A stretch of 64,000 nucleotides of DNA, taken from NCBI GenBank assembly GCA_051294905.1, contig CM119372.1, positions 8,806,001 to 8,870,000 of the forward strand. Direction: 5' to 3'. How positions within the stretch are numbered: position 1 is the first letter of the stretch; every line of letters begins with the position of its first letter. The notes under the pieces were generated by a model. It was not told the DNA's origin and searched no databases. It saw only the letters and a list, made by a program, of their open reading frames with translations. Both the position numbers and the translations under genes were made by a program. Source of the DNA: Botryllus schlosseri. Its lineage: Eukaryota. This document shows positions 13,381-24,534 of the stretch, piece after piece.

Positions 13381-14297
13381 CAGTGTTGGGATCAAGTCAC
13401 TACCTTCGAGTCACGAGTCATTTCGAGTTATTGCACATTTTGACTCGAGTCAAGTCAAGTCAATCGATTTTCAAAAGTGACTTGAGTCAAGTCAAGTCAC
13501 TCGATTTTTGGAGGTGACTCGAGTCAAGTCGAGTCAAGTCAAGTCAAGTCACGAGTCAAGTCACAATTCAAGTCAAGTTGCCTTTTCGAAGTATGGGGCA
13601 TGATAACGTCATTGCATTTTGCTAGCCGTCTGAAATATAGATTGATTGGTCATTGATTTTGAACCGATGAACGAATATAGATTTAAATATACACGCAAGA
13701 AGGCGCTGTATCGCTCACACATACGTAGAACTGCTAAACCTTACTTTATAGTAACCAGCCAATATAGAGAATAGATACGAATTGATAAGATGCAATAAAA
13801 TTACGCATTTACAAATCGATATGATACAATTCGAGCCTGCGCCAATGGTTGAGGACAAATAAACTACATTCGAATTCAGTTTCAATAAAACAAAAGGTTT
13901 GGTTAAGGAAAAATCGGAGAACAGAAATTACTTCACTATACTAGTTTACGACAACGTAAGCTGTGAGCTTCGATCACTTCGTTTGCGGTCAATTTATTTG
14001 TGAGAGAACAATGGAGGCTCAGTAAAACGCACGATCATTAAATGATTGGTCGCTCTCACGGGTTACACCAGCGATTCGCGATCAATCCGACCATATGCAA
14101 GATACAGTGATGTTTATCGACACCGATCACTTGATGACTTGAAATTGACTCGTGAATATTGCTCCGAGTCACGAGTCAATCCACATTTCTGTTAGGCCGA
14201 GTCAAGTCAAGTCAAGTCATTTTAGCAAAGTGACTCGAGTCAAGTCATATCATACGAAAAAGGTGACTCGAGTCTGACTCGAGTCATCCCAACACTG
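13381..14297. mobile_element. hAT MITE with GAGTCAAGTC subterminal arrays
   Basis: TIR cagtgttgggat / atcccaacactg; perfect TSD ctagaaag; partial second copy at ~26769-27230. Confidence 0.92.
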
Positions 14298-14359
14298 CTA
14301 GAAAGTAGCAACCTGTTTATTGCCGTGATTGCAATCTGACTCATAACTTCAAATTTTAT

Positions 14360-14570
14360 ATAAATTAAAATAATGATCAGGCACTGATCCACCTAGAATC
14401 CGTCTTCCAAGTCGAAATATCGGCATTGTTCGAACAATCGGAGAGTCACAACGGGTCATTGTTACGGTCACTGTGTTGCGGTTACCCGATTGTTCTGAAC
14501 AATTCCGATATTTCAGACTTGGAGGACAGATTCTAGGTGGATCAGTGCCTGATCATTATTTAAATTTATA
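14360..14570. mobile_element. Palindromic MITE
   Basis: ~90-bp imperfect arms taatgatcaggcactgatccacctagaatc... / ...gattctaggtggatcagtgcctgatcatta. Confidence 0.75.
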
Positions 14571-14803
14571 TTTTCGGAATCGGTGCAACAGTAGCTTTCG
14601 ATCAAGACCAGATTCAATAATTTCTGGGCTCGGGAAGATAGCTTTTGGATTGCCAGAAATCCTACAGTCGCTCACGCAAAACAATTCTCCTCTCCAGCCT
14701 CTGCGAAGCGGAACGAAGCTGCAAAATCGGTCGTTGCCGTTCCATTATAGAGACTGTAGGACCTACAGTCTCTATAGTTCCATGTTTAATTTCTATAATA
14801 TGA

Positions 14804-15181
14804 CAGAGATGAGCATTGAGCAATGAGCATGGCTTAGGATTAGGATTTGAAAAAACAGGATTTGTGACATTTTGACGGATTTGGATTGGACTAGGATTTG
14901 ACATTTCTTCCCAATGGATTAGGATAAAGATTTCCCGATTTTCGGGGAGATTGATGTCCTGTGGCGAACGGTGACAAAATTTTACGTACTCTACCATAGT
15001 TACTTCATGTATTTTTTCATTTCTTTTTACAGAATTATAGACATAAGATGTAGGCTTTTTAAATGGAATTCCAAGTTTGAATCGGATTAGGATTGAAACA
15101 TACAAAATTTTTGGATTAGGTTAAGGACTGAAGCTTTGGATTTGGATTAGGACATCGAAATTTCATATCCGCTCTTCTCTG
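14804..15181. mobile_element. MITE with (TT)AGGATT repeats immediately upstream of CZIB
   Basis: TIR cagagatgagc / gctcttctctg; many ggatt(a/t)g repeats; no TSD recognisable. Confidence 0.6.
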
Positions 15182-15272
15182 CCAGGTGTGTAAGCGCCAA
15201 GCATCACACATCCGTTCGTAGCGATATCGCTGTATTTGTTGAGGATATTTGTTTCTGGATCAATTGCTCATA

Positions 15273-15761
15273 ATGGTTAAAATTGGCCTGGAGTTCAAGG
15301 CTGTATTGGAAAATGTCAAGTCGTTACGTACTTGTGGTAAAGATTTCCGATGGTATTTGAAATTTCGGTGCGCAAATTGTGGAGAAGTCTCCCAGTCTTG
15401 GCAGTACGTGTCGGAGGAGATGAGTGCTGAGCTAAAAGGCGGCAGAGGACAAGCAAATATGGTGGAAAAATGCAAAATGTGCGCACGCGAGAATTCTGTC
15501 GCCATAATGGAAGGCAAAGTCAGTAATTATACTGCTGAAGATGATAGTTCAATGAGAGTAATTGTTGGGTTTGAATGCCGTGGACTTGAACCGGTCGAAT
15601 TCGACTTGCGCTCTGGATGGGAAGTTGAATCTAGCTGCTCCAACAAAATATTTTCAGACGTTGACTTGCAGGAAAAGGAATGGTATGATTATGATGACAT
15701 CGGCGGCGACTCAGTAAGCATAACCGAAATCAGTTACTCATTCATAAAGTTGAAAAATTGA
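15273..15761 (+). CDS. CZIB: CXXC motif-containing zinc-binding protein (C1orf123/DUF866), intronless CDS
   Basis: MVKIGLEFKAVLENV ... RWYLKFRCANCGE ... LKGGRGQANMVEKCKMCARENS ... FECRGLEPVEF ... EWYDYD matches the family; ATG at 15273. Confidence 0.93.
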   Translation: MVKIGLEFKAVLENVKSLRTCGKDFRWYLKFRCANCGEVSQSWQYVSEEMSAELKGGRGQANMVEKCKMCARENSVAIMEGKVSNYTAEDDSSMRVIVGFECRGLEPVEFDLRSGWEVESSCSNKIFSDVDLQEKEWYDYDDIGGDSVSITEISYSFIKLKN

Positions 15762-16343
15762 TATCTTGTTACTTATTGCTCTATTTTGTGCCCTATCCAT
15801 ATAATGAGTTTGTTTTCTGCTACCCTGAGAAAGTGTTTTACAATTTGGTTTCACCGTACAGCGTCCCAGGATATTAGTTGAAAATTGTCATTGATGGTGT
15901 GGCAAGATTATGTATACCAAATTGCATTCACACAACATATATTTTGATGCTGTTGAGAAGGTATCATAGCCCTTCTGATTCATCAAAACCACATCCAGTA
16001 CCCTACGGTACTATCTTTGTTTCGTATTAGAATATTTTATCTGTAGCCAATTATTGTGGGGTATTGCACTATTGCATGACCATTCAAAATACCGCAGTCA
16101 CTTGGACAGCAATACATAATGAAGAGAAATATAAGTTTGATGATTCTGTTCCTTATTTAATCAAAATTACTAGCTGATATTCAAAGTAGCATATATCAGT
16201 TCATATAAAGATTCAGGACCAGATTTGTGCAGAAATGTGTCTAATTTATCTGATATATATGTTGGTGCCTATATTTAAAATGTAGAGCTGTAGGCTACTT
16301 CGCCAATCAACACTGCATTATTTCTTTGCAGAAAACATAAACT

Positions 16344-17234
16344 ATGTCTAAGAAACGTATGCTATATGTTGGCGGTCTAGCTGAGGAGGTAAATGAAAAG
16401 ACAGTCCATGCTGCATTCATACCATTTGGAGACATAGTCGATATCAATATACCGCTGGATTTCAAGACTCAGCAACACCGCGGATTCGCATTCATCGAAT
16501 ATGAGATCGAGGAAGACGCAAGAGCGGCCATCGACAATATGAACGAAAGCGAATTATTCGGCAGAACAGTGAAAGTAAACATCGCCCGTCCCTTACATAT
16601 CAAGAGAGAAGGCCTTTCCTTTAGGCCGGTGTGGGCCGATGAAGAGTGGCTCAAGAAATATGCAGTTAAACCTGAAGGTGACTCTGAATCGATGGAGACA
16701 GATGACCAGACTGCTCAAGCTGTCGTCAAACAAAAGATTGAAAACCCACGAGTATATTTCGATATTAGATTCGGAAGCCAGTACGCTGGACGTATCGTTA
16801 TGGAGCTGCGAGCGGATATCACGCCAAAGACGGCGGAGAATTTCCGCTGCCTTTGCACCCACGAGAAAGGCTACGGATACAGAGGAAGCTCATTTCACCG
16901 TATCATTCCACAGTTCATGTGCCAAGGAGGTGACTTCACTAATCATAACGGCACTGGAGGAAAGTCAATCTATGGCAGAAAGTTTGACGATGAAAATTTT
17001 ACATTGAAACACACGGGAATGGGAGTACTGTCAATGGCAAATTCTGGTCCAAACACAAACGGCTCACAATTTTTCCTCTGCACTGAAAAGACCGACTGGC
17101 TTGATGGCAAACATGTTGTTTTCGGACACGTCACAGACGGTCTTGAAATTGTGAAGAAAATGGAAAATTTAGGATCGAAGGAAGGAAAACCAAAGCAAAA
17201 AGTAGTGATTGCTGATTGTGGCGAGCTGAAATGA
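16344..17234 (+). CDS. PPIE: Peptidyl-prolyl cis-trans isomerase E (cyclophilin-33), intronless CDS
   Basis: N-terminal RRM ([19 protein letters not shown]) plus cyclophilin domain ([41 protein letters not shown]); AATAAA at ~17495. Confidence 0.97.
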   Translation: MSKKRMLYVGGLAEEVNEKTVHAAFIPFGDIVDINIPLDFKTQQHRGFAFIEYEIEEDARAAIDNMNESELFGRTVKVNIARPLHIKREGLSFRPVWADEEWLKKYAVKPEGDSESMETDDQTAQAVVKQKIENPRVYFDIRFGSQYAGRIVMELRADITPKTAENFRCLCTHEKGYGYRGSSFHRIIPQFMCQGGDFTNHNGTGGKSIYGRKFDDENFTLKHTGMGVLSMANSGPNTNGSQFFLCTEKTDWLDGKHVVFGHVTDGLEIVKKMENLGSKEGKPKQKVVIADCGELK

Positions 17235-17701
17235 TCCACGACTGGCAGCGACTGTTCAACGGATAAATAATCGGGATCGCCGAAGAGGTGGCAAATGAGC
17301 GGAGACAGCAGCCTGATGTTGTTTGATCAAAGTTGATCACTGTACTGTAGCAAAACTAGGCAGTAAATGGAACAGACAAGATTTTGCAGTTTCGTTCGTG
17401 CTTTACGTTGTACGGGAACTTTTATGGTGTCGCAGCTATCATATAATTAGAACTAAGGCAGTTGCTTAGTTTCCGTATTTTGTATGAATAGAACAATAAA
17501 AGAGGAACTTGATTTGTAGACTTTTGGAGGTATGGAACTTAAATATATAATTGAATAATAATATAGTGATATCGAAATGAACCGGAATATTTTCAGCATG
17601 ACCTGGTCAGCCATTAGTAGTTGGGTTTAACTTTTCCGGTTTCTTTCATAATGGATATGTTATTCAATGATGCATTTGTGTATTATATAAGGAGGTAGAA
17701 A

Positions 17702-18262
17702 TTAGTCGTTTGCTGACGTCAGAAGTGGATGATGATGCCATATTGAGTAAGTGTAGTAGGGATTATCTTCGTGTTCAAGTACGAGTGCCTTGATGTCGGA
17801 GGGAGGATTCAGTCCCAGTTTTTCAGCACGGTTCCAACGGTCCATTCTGCTTGAGTCTATTGATGGAATAGTTATTATAGATTAGTTAGCAGCTACGTAA
17901 GACATGCCTATTGACTGGAATCCTGAAACTTCAGTACTAAGTAATAGGTATCTAACTTACCAATGCTTGGACCAAATGTTGCGTCTAGATCAAATTGACG
18001 AAGTTTCTTGATATCTTCAGACAGTCGATCTGAGACATCTATGCAAATAATTTTAAATTGTAGACATCATGCTGGCCTAATTCCTATGATGCTGTAGTGA
18101 GATTTTCAGGTCATATAATATACCTGTGGCGGGTGAATTTATTTTGGTTCTCAGTGAAGGTCCTTGCGTTTTTCTAGAGTGATTCGATGTTCTGTTGACA
18201 TCTTTTTTCACTTTCATATAGTCATTGATAGACATTTGATGTCCACCTTCCGAGGATTCCAT
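17702..18262 (-). CDS. POLD4: DNA polymerase delta subunit 4 (p12); exons 18262-18124, 18038-17961, 17856-17702; 123 aa
   Basis: Spliced product has a PIP-box-like QMSINDYM, then LRQFDLDATFGPSI and RMDRWNRAEKLGLNPP ... YSIWH, the POLD4/Cdm1 signature; both introns phase 1, GT-AG. Confidence 0.9.
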
Positions 18263-18420
18263 GTTTGCAGTTGAAGTGAAAGCAACAACGAATTATCCAA
18301 ATAAGTTTTATTTGAATAGCTGGTAGTACAAAACTTGAATGATAGCTTTCATTACAACACCCAATGTAGTAATTGATTTATTTATAATGATTGCAAATTT
18401 TATGAGATATATCTATAAAT

Positions 18421-19302
18421 ACTAGTCCATCCTCAAGATTACCGGACCACGACCCGACCTATCGATCTCGCTTTCCATGACATGCCACCCCATTTCATAT
18501 CGCTTGCTTTTTTTCTATACTATCTTCTTTACTTTTCATTTCGACTACTCGGGACCTATCATCTGGAATGCATTACCACCACATATCCGTGACTTGCCTT
18601 ATAATAGATTCAAAAAAGCCCTACTTGATCACCTCTTGTCGTTACACTAACACTGTTGCCCTACCTCGCTTCATTGATCATTTGCTACCATCGTTTAATT
18701 TTTCTTCTATATTATTTTTTTAATCACTGTAACCTTTTTTACAGTCAGACTGTTTAGAGAGAGAGAGAGAGAGAGAATTTATTCGGTCCATGAGCATTGA
18801 TAATACGCAGATCGATAAATACAAAGCAAAGTATATATAATTCAGAACCAGGCTGTAGCGAAGGGATCGGGAGATCATCAAGTCAGCTACAGCCTGAAAG
18901 GATGGTTGTAATATGAAACTTATCACATAATATAACACATTTGCAAGCAAAAAATATAACATATTCACAATGTATCAATGTATGTAGAGTCAAGTGTACC
19001 CGTTTGATGCTGGTGTGATCAGACTAGATGACCTTCACGGTCTTATCGATCATTCCTATCTAATACCGAATACTGTGCAAGCATATTTTCTGTACCACCA
19101 TCACTGCCGTGTGTTATGTATTTTGGTTGGATGAAAATAAAGACTCTCTCTCTTTGGTGTGCAATGCATGGCCCATGGGTGCCTGATTCCATAGACTACT
19201 CCAAGTCGCTTCGACACCTTCCTATCTTTCCATTGTATCGCACTTTTGTGGTGTATTGAACTGGTAAAATTGCTAATTAACCAATGAAGATGACGATGAT
19301 GA
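18421..19302 (+). mobile_element. Interleaved LINE 3'-end fragments
   Basis: CR1-type 3' UTR (tagtccatcctcaagattaccggacc ... aaccaatgaagatgacgatgatg) interrupted by other LINE tails ending aataaa + (TC)n. Confidence 0.65.
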
Positions 19303-19744
19303 TAAATAGTTGCCGTCCAGCAGTAGCCGAAGACAGCAACAGCAACTACATCCTTTGCATCCCCTGCTTTGCTAATGTTTTGATGACGTCATCCCATGCC
19401 ACCACGGTAATCATTGAACATTTTCGGAACGCTAGATCATTATCCTCGTCATTATTACCGTTCTCATTAGTTCAAAACACCAAAAGATTGCGATACAATG
19501 AAAAGATAGTAACTAATTAAAATAGTATTTCAATCAAACACCGACCTTGGCCTACAGATAATAATAAAAGGACATGCACTGCACACTTAAGGAAAAGTAA
19601 CAGTAGATTACATAAAATATACAAGCGTCGATAGGCGAAATAGTTATGTCAAATAGTTAACCAGTATTCTCAATTAGTCTTTTTAGACAGCTCAGTCGTT
19701 TCATGTCTTCCATAACCATGAATATGAAATATTATATTTTATAT

Positions 19745-19867
19745 CGCGAAACAATAACTTCATATTGTTAATTTATTCGCTAAAAGCTTTTCGACTAACT
19801 CTCATCAGTAGCGCTAGTCGAAAAGCTTTTAGCGAATAAATTAACAATATGAAGTTATTGTTTCGCG
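19745..19867. repeat. Perfect 53-bp-arm hairpin, probable Penelope-like element terminus
   Basis: Arms 19745-19797 and 19815-19867 with a 17-nt loop; contains a hammerhead core on the minus strand. Confidence 0.75.
19778..19813 (-). ncRNA. Minimal type I hammerhead ribozyme motif
   Basis: Minus strand: cgcta-CTGATGA-ga gttag tc-GAAA-agct-TT-tagcg; 5-bp stem I, 2-bp stem II, palindromic stem III. Confidence 0.65.
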
Positions 19868-20223
19868 TTATTCTGAAGTTCTGTACCACAAATCACTTGT
19901 TTATATTTTATATGTATATAAAATTGGTATTCGAAGCTAGGTTCCGATGTAACAATAATGCAAGGTATCATATGTAATCCTTGGACAAAGGTGGTTGGAA
20001 ATGATGTATATATATTATATATATAGATACAATATATGATATATCATTGACGGAAGGGGACAAAGTTTACGTTGAAAAGTCGCATACGCTCCGGGCAACT
20101 CGGCTCCGGTATCTTGTTATTGAGCTGACGCGGGAATCCATTGTACATGATCCACTACTGCTAGTACTGCAACCGTTCTGGTTAGATATCTTTCAAGAAG
20201 CGTCAAACTGCATTAGGTACAGT

Positions 20224-21279
20224 ATGGAAGCGTTTTTTAAACCTACCGCTGCCACTATCGCAAAAAGAGCTGCTCAAGCTAAAGCTGCGCAGGAGGCTGA
20301 TGATCTTAAGCCATGGATAGAGAAGTACAGACCAAAATCTGTCCGCGAAATAGCTCATCAAGACGAGGTGGTAGCAGTTCTGAAAAAATGCATCACTGGT
20401 GCTGACGTCCCCAATATGTTGTTTTACGGACCACCAGGAACAGGAAAAACGTCTACCATTCTTGCATTGTCCCGGGACTTGTTTGGTCAGAAATTCAGAG
20501 ACCGTGTTTTGGAATTGAATGCCTCGGATGATAGAGGAATAGCGGTTGTAAGAGAAAAGATCAAAAACTTTGCACAACTGACAGTATCGAGCTTGAGCGG
20601 TGGAAAAGATCCCCATCCTTTCAAAATCGTGATTCTAGATGAGGCGGATTCGATGACCAAAGCAGCGCAACAGGCCTTGAGAAGAACAATGGAGAAGCAA
20701 ACAAAAAACACAAGATTTTGTCTGATCTGCAACTACGTAACCAGAATTATCCCTCCAATAACTTCCAGGTGTTCAAAGTTTAGATTTAAACCATTAGCAG
20801 AGGATGACCAGCGGAAACGATTGAATTTTGTAGCTGAAAAGGAATCAGTAAAAATATCGGAAACAGCACTTGATGCTTTAGTGAAATGTTCTGTTGGGGA
20901 CCTGAGAAGGGCTGTAACATTTCTGCAAACCGCCCATCGACTGAAAGGACAGGACGGTATTGCTGTCGATGATATATTAGAGATCACTGGAGTTATTCCG
21001 GAATCTGTGATTAAGGATTTTGTGAAGAGCTGCTACACAAACTCATTTGAAAAGCTCCGTGAAACTGTTGAAGATGTCAGTGCTGAAGGTTACCCTGCTT
21101 CGCAACTCATTTCGCAGCTCCATGATGAAGTTGTTGCCATGGATTCCTTATCGGATGATCAAAAATGTGAAATAACTGAGAAGCTGGCAGTTATGGACTG
21201 CTGTTTGAATGACGGAGCCGATGAATATCTTCAGTTAATGTCGCTGGGGACTTTAATTCAACAGCAGCTGTGTACTTGA
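20224..21279 (+). CDS. RFC4: Replication factor C subunit 4 (p37), intronless CDS
   Basis: PWIEKYRP, Walker [30 protein letters not shown] motif, DGADEYLQL; start MEAFFK at 20224 preferred over the track's TTG. Confidence 0.95.
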   Translation: MEAFFKPTAATIAKRAAQAKAAQEADDLKPWIEKYRPKSVREIAHQDEVVAVLKKCITGADVPNMLFYGPPGTGKTSTILALSRDLFGQKFRDRVLELNASDDRGIAVVREKIKNFAQLTVSSLSGGKDPHPFKIVILDEADSMTKAAQQALRRTMEKQTKNTRFCLICNYVTRIIPPITSRCSKFRFKPLAEDDQRKRLNFVAEKESVKISETALDALVKCSVGDLRRAVTFLQTAHRLKGQDGIAVDDILEITGVIPESVIKDFVKSCYTNSFEKLRETVEDVSAEGYPASQLISQLHDEVVAMDSLSDDQKCEITEKLAVMDCCLNDGADEYLQLMSLGTLIQQQLCT

Positions 21280-21452
21280 ACAATTTGATTCTCATACTTA
21301 ATCTTGATATGGCTGCCATATAAATATGAATTTCTGTATCTCGTCGCTTGGTTAGAAAGAAACATTTTCGACAGAAACACCAGCTGCCTTCAAATGAGTC
21401 CTTTTCATTGCAAAACAAATTCATAATTATGACTATCTTAGGACATGATATC

Positions 21453-21875
21453 CAGGGTTGTAACCAAGTCACAAGGCTCCGAATCACAAGTCAATCTCAC
21501 TTCTTTAGTTTTGACACGAGTCATTTTCAATTCGCCACCGAGTCAAGTCCGACTCCAAGTCATCTAGCAGAGGTTCGAGTCCAAGTCATGGTAATATGAC
21601 TCGAGTCCAAGTCATTGTGTTGACTGTATAACTCTGTTTGGTGATATCGAATGGTTCGCATTTATAATATACCAATTTTCCTCACTTTTAATAGTTTCTG
21701 GTCGCATTTTCAAGTACCAGTACCAATAGACCAACTCCCAATAGGGTGGTTATACTTTACTACTCTTCGAAATTACAAGGAAACCTTGCTCTTGGACGTC
21801 TGAGTCTCGAGTCATGCGTAATGAGAAAATGACTCGAGTCATCAGAAAATTGTGACTCGAGTCATTACAACCCTG
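21453..21875. mobile_element. hAT MITE
   Basis: TIR cagggttgtaa / ttacaaccctg; perfect TSD atgatatc. Confidence 0.92.
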
Positions 21876-22512
21876 ATGATATCTTGAAAATACGACATCT
21901 ATGCATGTCATTAAGCCAGATTGTGTTGAAACACATCACTTTAATAACTTGACTCTCATACGTTCACTAGGTCTGCTCCGATATAAATGAGAATTTTCGT
22001 CACGTCGCTTTGTCAGAAAGCACATTTTTGACATGAACACCAGCTTCTTTTAGACGCACCGTTTGAAAAAACAAATTCATAAAGATAAACCTTTCGAGAC
22101 ATGATATATTACAAATACAATGGCTATGCTTTATGCCATTAAGCCGGAACACTTTGAAAAACCACATCACTTGGATAACTTCATTCTCATACTTCCACTA
22201 GCTGTCAGAAAAACATTTACCAAAGAAACACCAGCTTTCTTCTTACACACAGTTTACAAACGAGTCCTTTTAATTGCAAAGCAAATTCATAAAGATAAAA
22301 TCTCTTCAGACATGATATCTTACAAATACAACGTCTATACTTTATGCCGGATTATTTTGGAATGCCACATTAAAGATGGGCAAGTGGTTCATTGGTTCTA
22401 CGTATAGCATTTTGATTATGAAAACCGCGACCCGAACACAACCAACGCTGTATGACACTAATAGTAGCTTGAAGATATACAAACACTAGATGCGGTCTGA
22501 TATTACGGCGTG

Positions 22513-24534
22513 TTATGACGTGGTCCAGAAGCTTTTGCGGTTCTTGGCTTTTTGCAAAAGTTCAGTTGCCCGTGCTGATGTATGCGATGAAGCAACTGAC
22601 AGCGCATCGTTGTCTCGTTGCAACAAAATAGCTGCCGTCTGGGGCCTACCCGTAGGTCCGCAGTGCTGAAATTCATTATTCCTCAAAGAACCCCTTATCG
22701 GAGCTGTCTTGGCCAACGATCTCTTTTTCATAGTCGGGCTGAAGCCTGCGGATTGTGACCTTGATTTTGAGACTTCTACCTTCGGTGGTTCTTTGCTGCG
22801 GATGGATTTTTGTGGACATTTTGATTGTTTTGGTAGCAAAGGTTGTGGGCTTGAACGTACTAAGCGATGTGGCCGACCCTCCAGCAACGCATGATAGTCA
22901 CGAGTAGGTGACCCAGCAACTTGTGGTTTTTGGCGATCCCGATCCAGCAATGACATTTCACTGGTACTCCTTGTATCGCTCTTCTGTTTTGGTGACGTGA
23001 GAATAGCGCCGCCTACGCAGGGCGTTGTAAGATCATGATGTGTACGTAATGCTCCACCTATTTCATGTAATCGAGGTGTGGAGACTCGTCCTTCTAACAC
23101 GGAAGCAGACTGTGAATTTTGTGACTGCTCCTCGATTTCATCAGGATTTGCTTCCTCAGTCCACGCGTGCTTACGGTCCACTGAGTATTTTGACACTTCC
23201 GACTGCTCGTCCAAGCTATCAGCTTCAACCAGAGTTTCTACTTCTGCAGCCTCCGTTATGTCTTCCACACTATCGCTTCCTTTTTGAGACATTCTGCTCC
23301 ACTTTTCTTCGGAGTCGACCTCTTTAACACTTTGTCTCTCTCGTTCATCTTTCGCGTCCTGATTATCGCCGCTGCCCGTCTCAGATCTTACAGTGCCGTC
23401 GTCGGTAGATACCTCCCACAATTTGTTAAATGGAGAAATGACTTGAGTCGCATGGTCTGGATCTATGTGCGTTCCTTCGTGCTTTTGTTTGTTGTCTTCT
23501 GCCATTTTACGAAGTTCGCCTACGTCGAATTCGCGTGTCGGTTCGTATTGAGATTTGTATTCCGATCTGAAACCCTTTTTATTGTTGTTGTGGGTGAGGT
23601 ACGGCCTTTGCATATCTTTGACTCTCAATTTCATGGACGGTGATCCCGGTGAAGTCGCAGTCTGCGGCCTTCTCTTGTCGTTTCTCGGTGATCCATATTT
23701 TGAAATGTATTCCGACGATTTATTGAATTGCATGCCACTGTGGGGCGGTATAGCAGGTGAAGAGGAGTGCACGACGTCAAGTGCCGATAAGACTGGCGAT
23801 GGTTTCACGGAGAACTTTGGAGCAGCGAAATTCCGTTGATATTCTGACAGGCGGGCTTTAGATTTCCGGGCGATGCCGTTGGGGTTCATGCCAGCCTTGC
23901 GCTCAAGAGGTATGTTTCGTTCATGCCTGACAATTGTTTTCGGGTGTGTCACGTCTTGGTCCATATTGCCGGAAGTGTTTGCTCTATTGGTGGAAATATT
24001 CTTTTCAACACCTTTCTTTTTACCTCTGCTTGTTGAATTCCGCTTGCCGGTACCTTCTTTTTGTGGACTTTTTATGTTAGATGTTGGCCCTTGCTTTACT
24101 GGTGATGTGAGAGAGTTGTTTCTATGAGACAGTGTTCCTTTCTTCAGCGATTTAGGTGGACTTTTCTGTATTCGTTTCTTCAGAGCTTTACTATTCTCTG
24201 AATCACGTTTGACAGTCCGCGATTTAGCTGTCTTATTGATGGTAGAAGCGGCATTGGGGATGTTGCTTTGATCGATTTCAGCATCATCCATGACAGGTGT
24301 ACCACGATCACTTTCAGGCCACCAGTTTAGGCAATGTTGTACTTCCGGTTCTCTATGCCAGACCTTCTTTTTAGTGGTAATTCTTGGTCCGTTCACAAAT
24401 CCGACTTGATCAGATCGCAGACCAGCATCAATAGCATTTTGCTCCAAATTGGGTGAGAATGTGGCTGACCTGTAAGACTGATTCCATCTGTAATTACGGT
24501 CGTACTCACTGCTACCCCGGAATATCACGGGCAT
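22513..24534 (-). CDS. MDM1: Nuclear protein MDM1 homolog (centriolar microtubule-binding protein), intronless CDS
   Basis: N-terminus MPVIFRGSSEYDRNYRW ... AGLRSDQ; repeated SEY...F/Y motifs; GRVSTPRL..IGGALRTHHDLTTPCVGGAIL; C-terminal A.NRKSFW. Confidence 0.88.
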   Translation of the reverse strand: MPVIFRGSSEYDRNYRWNQSYRSATFSPNLEQNAIDAGLRSDQVGFVNGPRITTKKKVWHREPEVQHCLNWWPESDRGTPVMDDAEIDQSNIPNAASTINKTAKSRTVKRDSENSKALKKRIQKSPPKSLKKGTLSHRNNSLTSPVKQGPTSNIKSPQKEGTGKRNSTSRGKKKGVEKNISTNRANTSGNMDQDVTHPKTIVRHERNIPLERKAGMNPNGIARKSKARLSEYQRNFAAPKFSVKPSPVLSALDVVHSSSPAIPPHSGMQFNKSSEYISKYGSPRNDKRRPQTATSPGSPSMKLRVKDMQRPYLTHNNNKKGFRSEYKSQYEPTREFDVGELRKMAEDNKQKHEGTHIDPDHATQVISPFNKLWEVSTDDGTVRSETGSGDNQDAKDERERQSVKEVDSEEKWSRMSQKGSDSVEDITEAAEVETLVEADSLDEQSEVSKYSVDRKHAWTEEANPDEIEEQSQNSQSASVLEGRVSTPRLHEIGGALRTHHDLTTPCVGGAILTSPKQKSDTRSTSEMSLLDRDRQKPQVAGSPTRDYHALLEGRPHRLVRSSPQPLLPKQSKCPQKSIRSKEPPKVEVSKSRSQSAGFSPTMKKRSLAKTAPIRGSLRNNEFQHCGPTGRPQTAAILLQRDNDALSVASSHTSARATELLQKAKNRKSFWTTS

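Noticed and set aside
13381..14297. CRISPR-like or satellite array of gagtcaagtc
   Set aside because: No constant repeat/spacer structure; the repeats lie inside TIRs with an 8-bp TSD, so they are transposon subterminal repeats.
14821..15150. Interstitial telomeric repeat (TTAGG-like)
   Set aside because: Units are irregular ggatt(a/t)g and are bounded by TIRs.
20047..20223. 59-aa N-terminal extension of RFC4
   Set aside because: Starts at TTG; homology begins at MEAFFK (20224).
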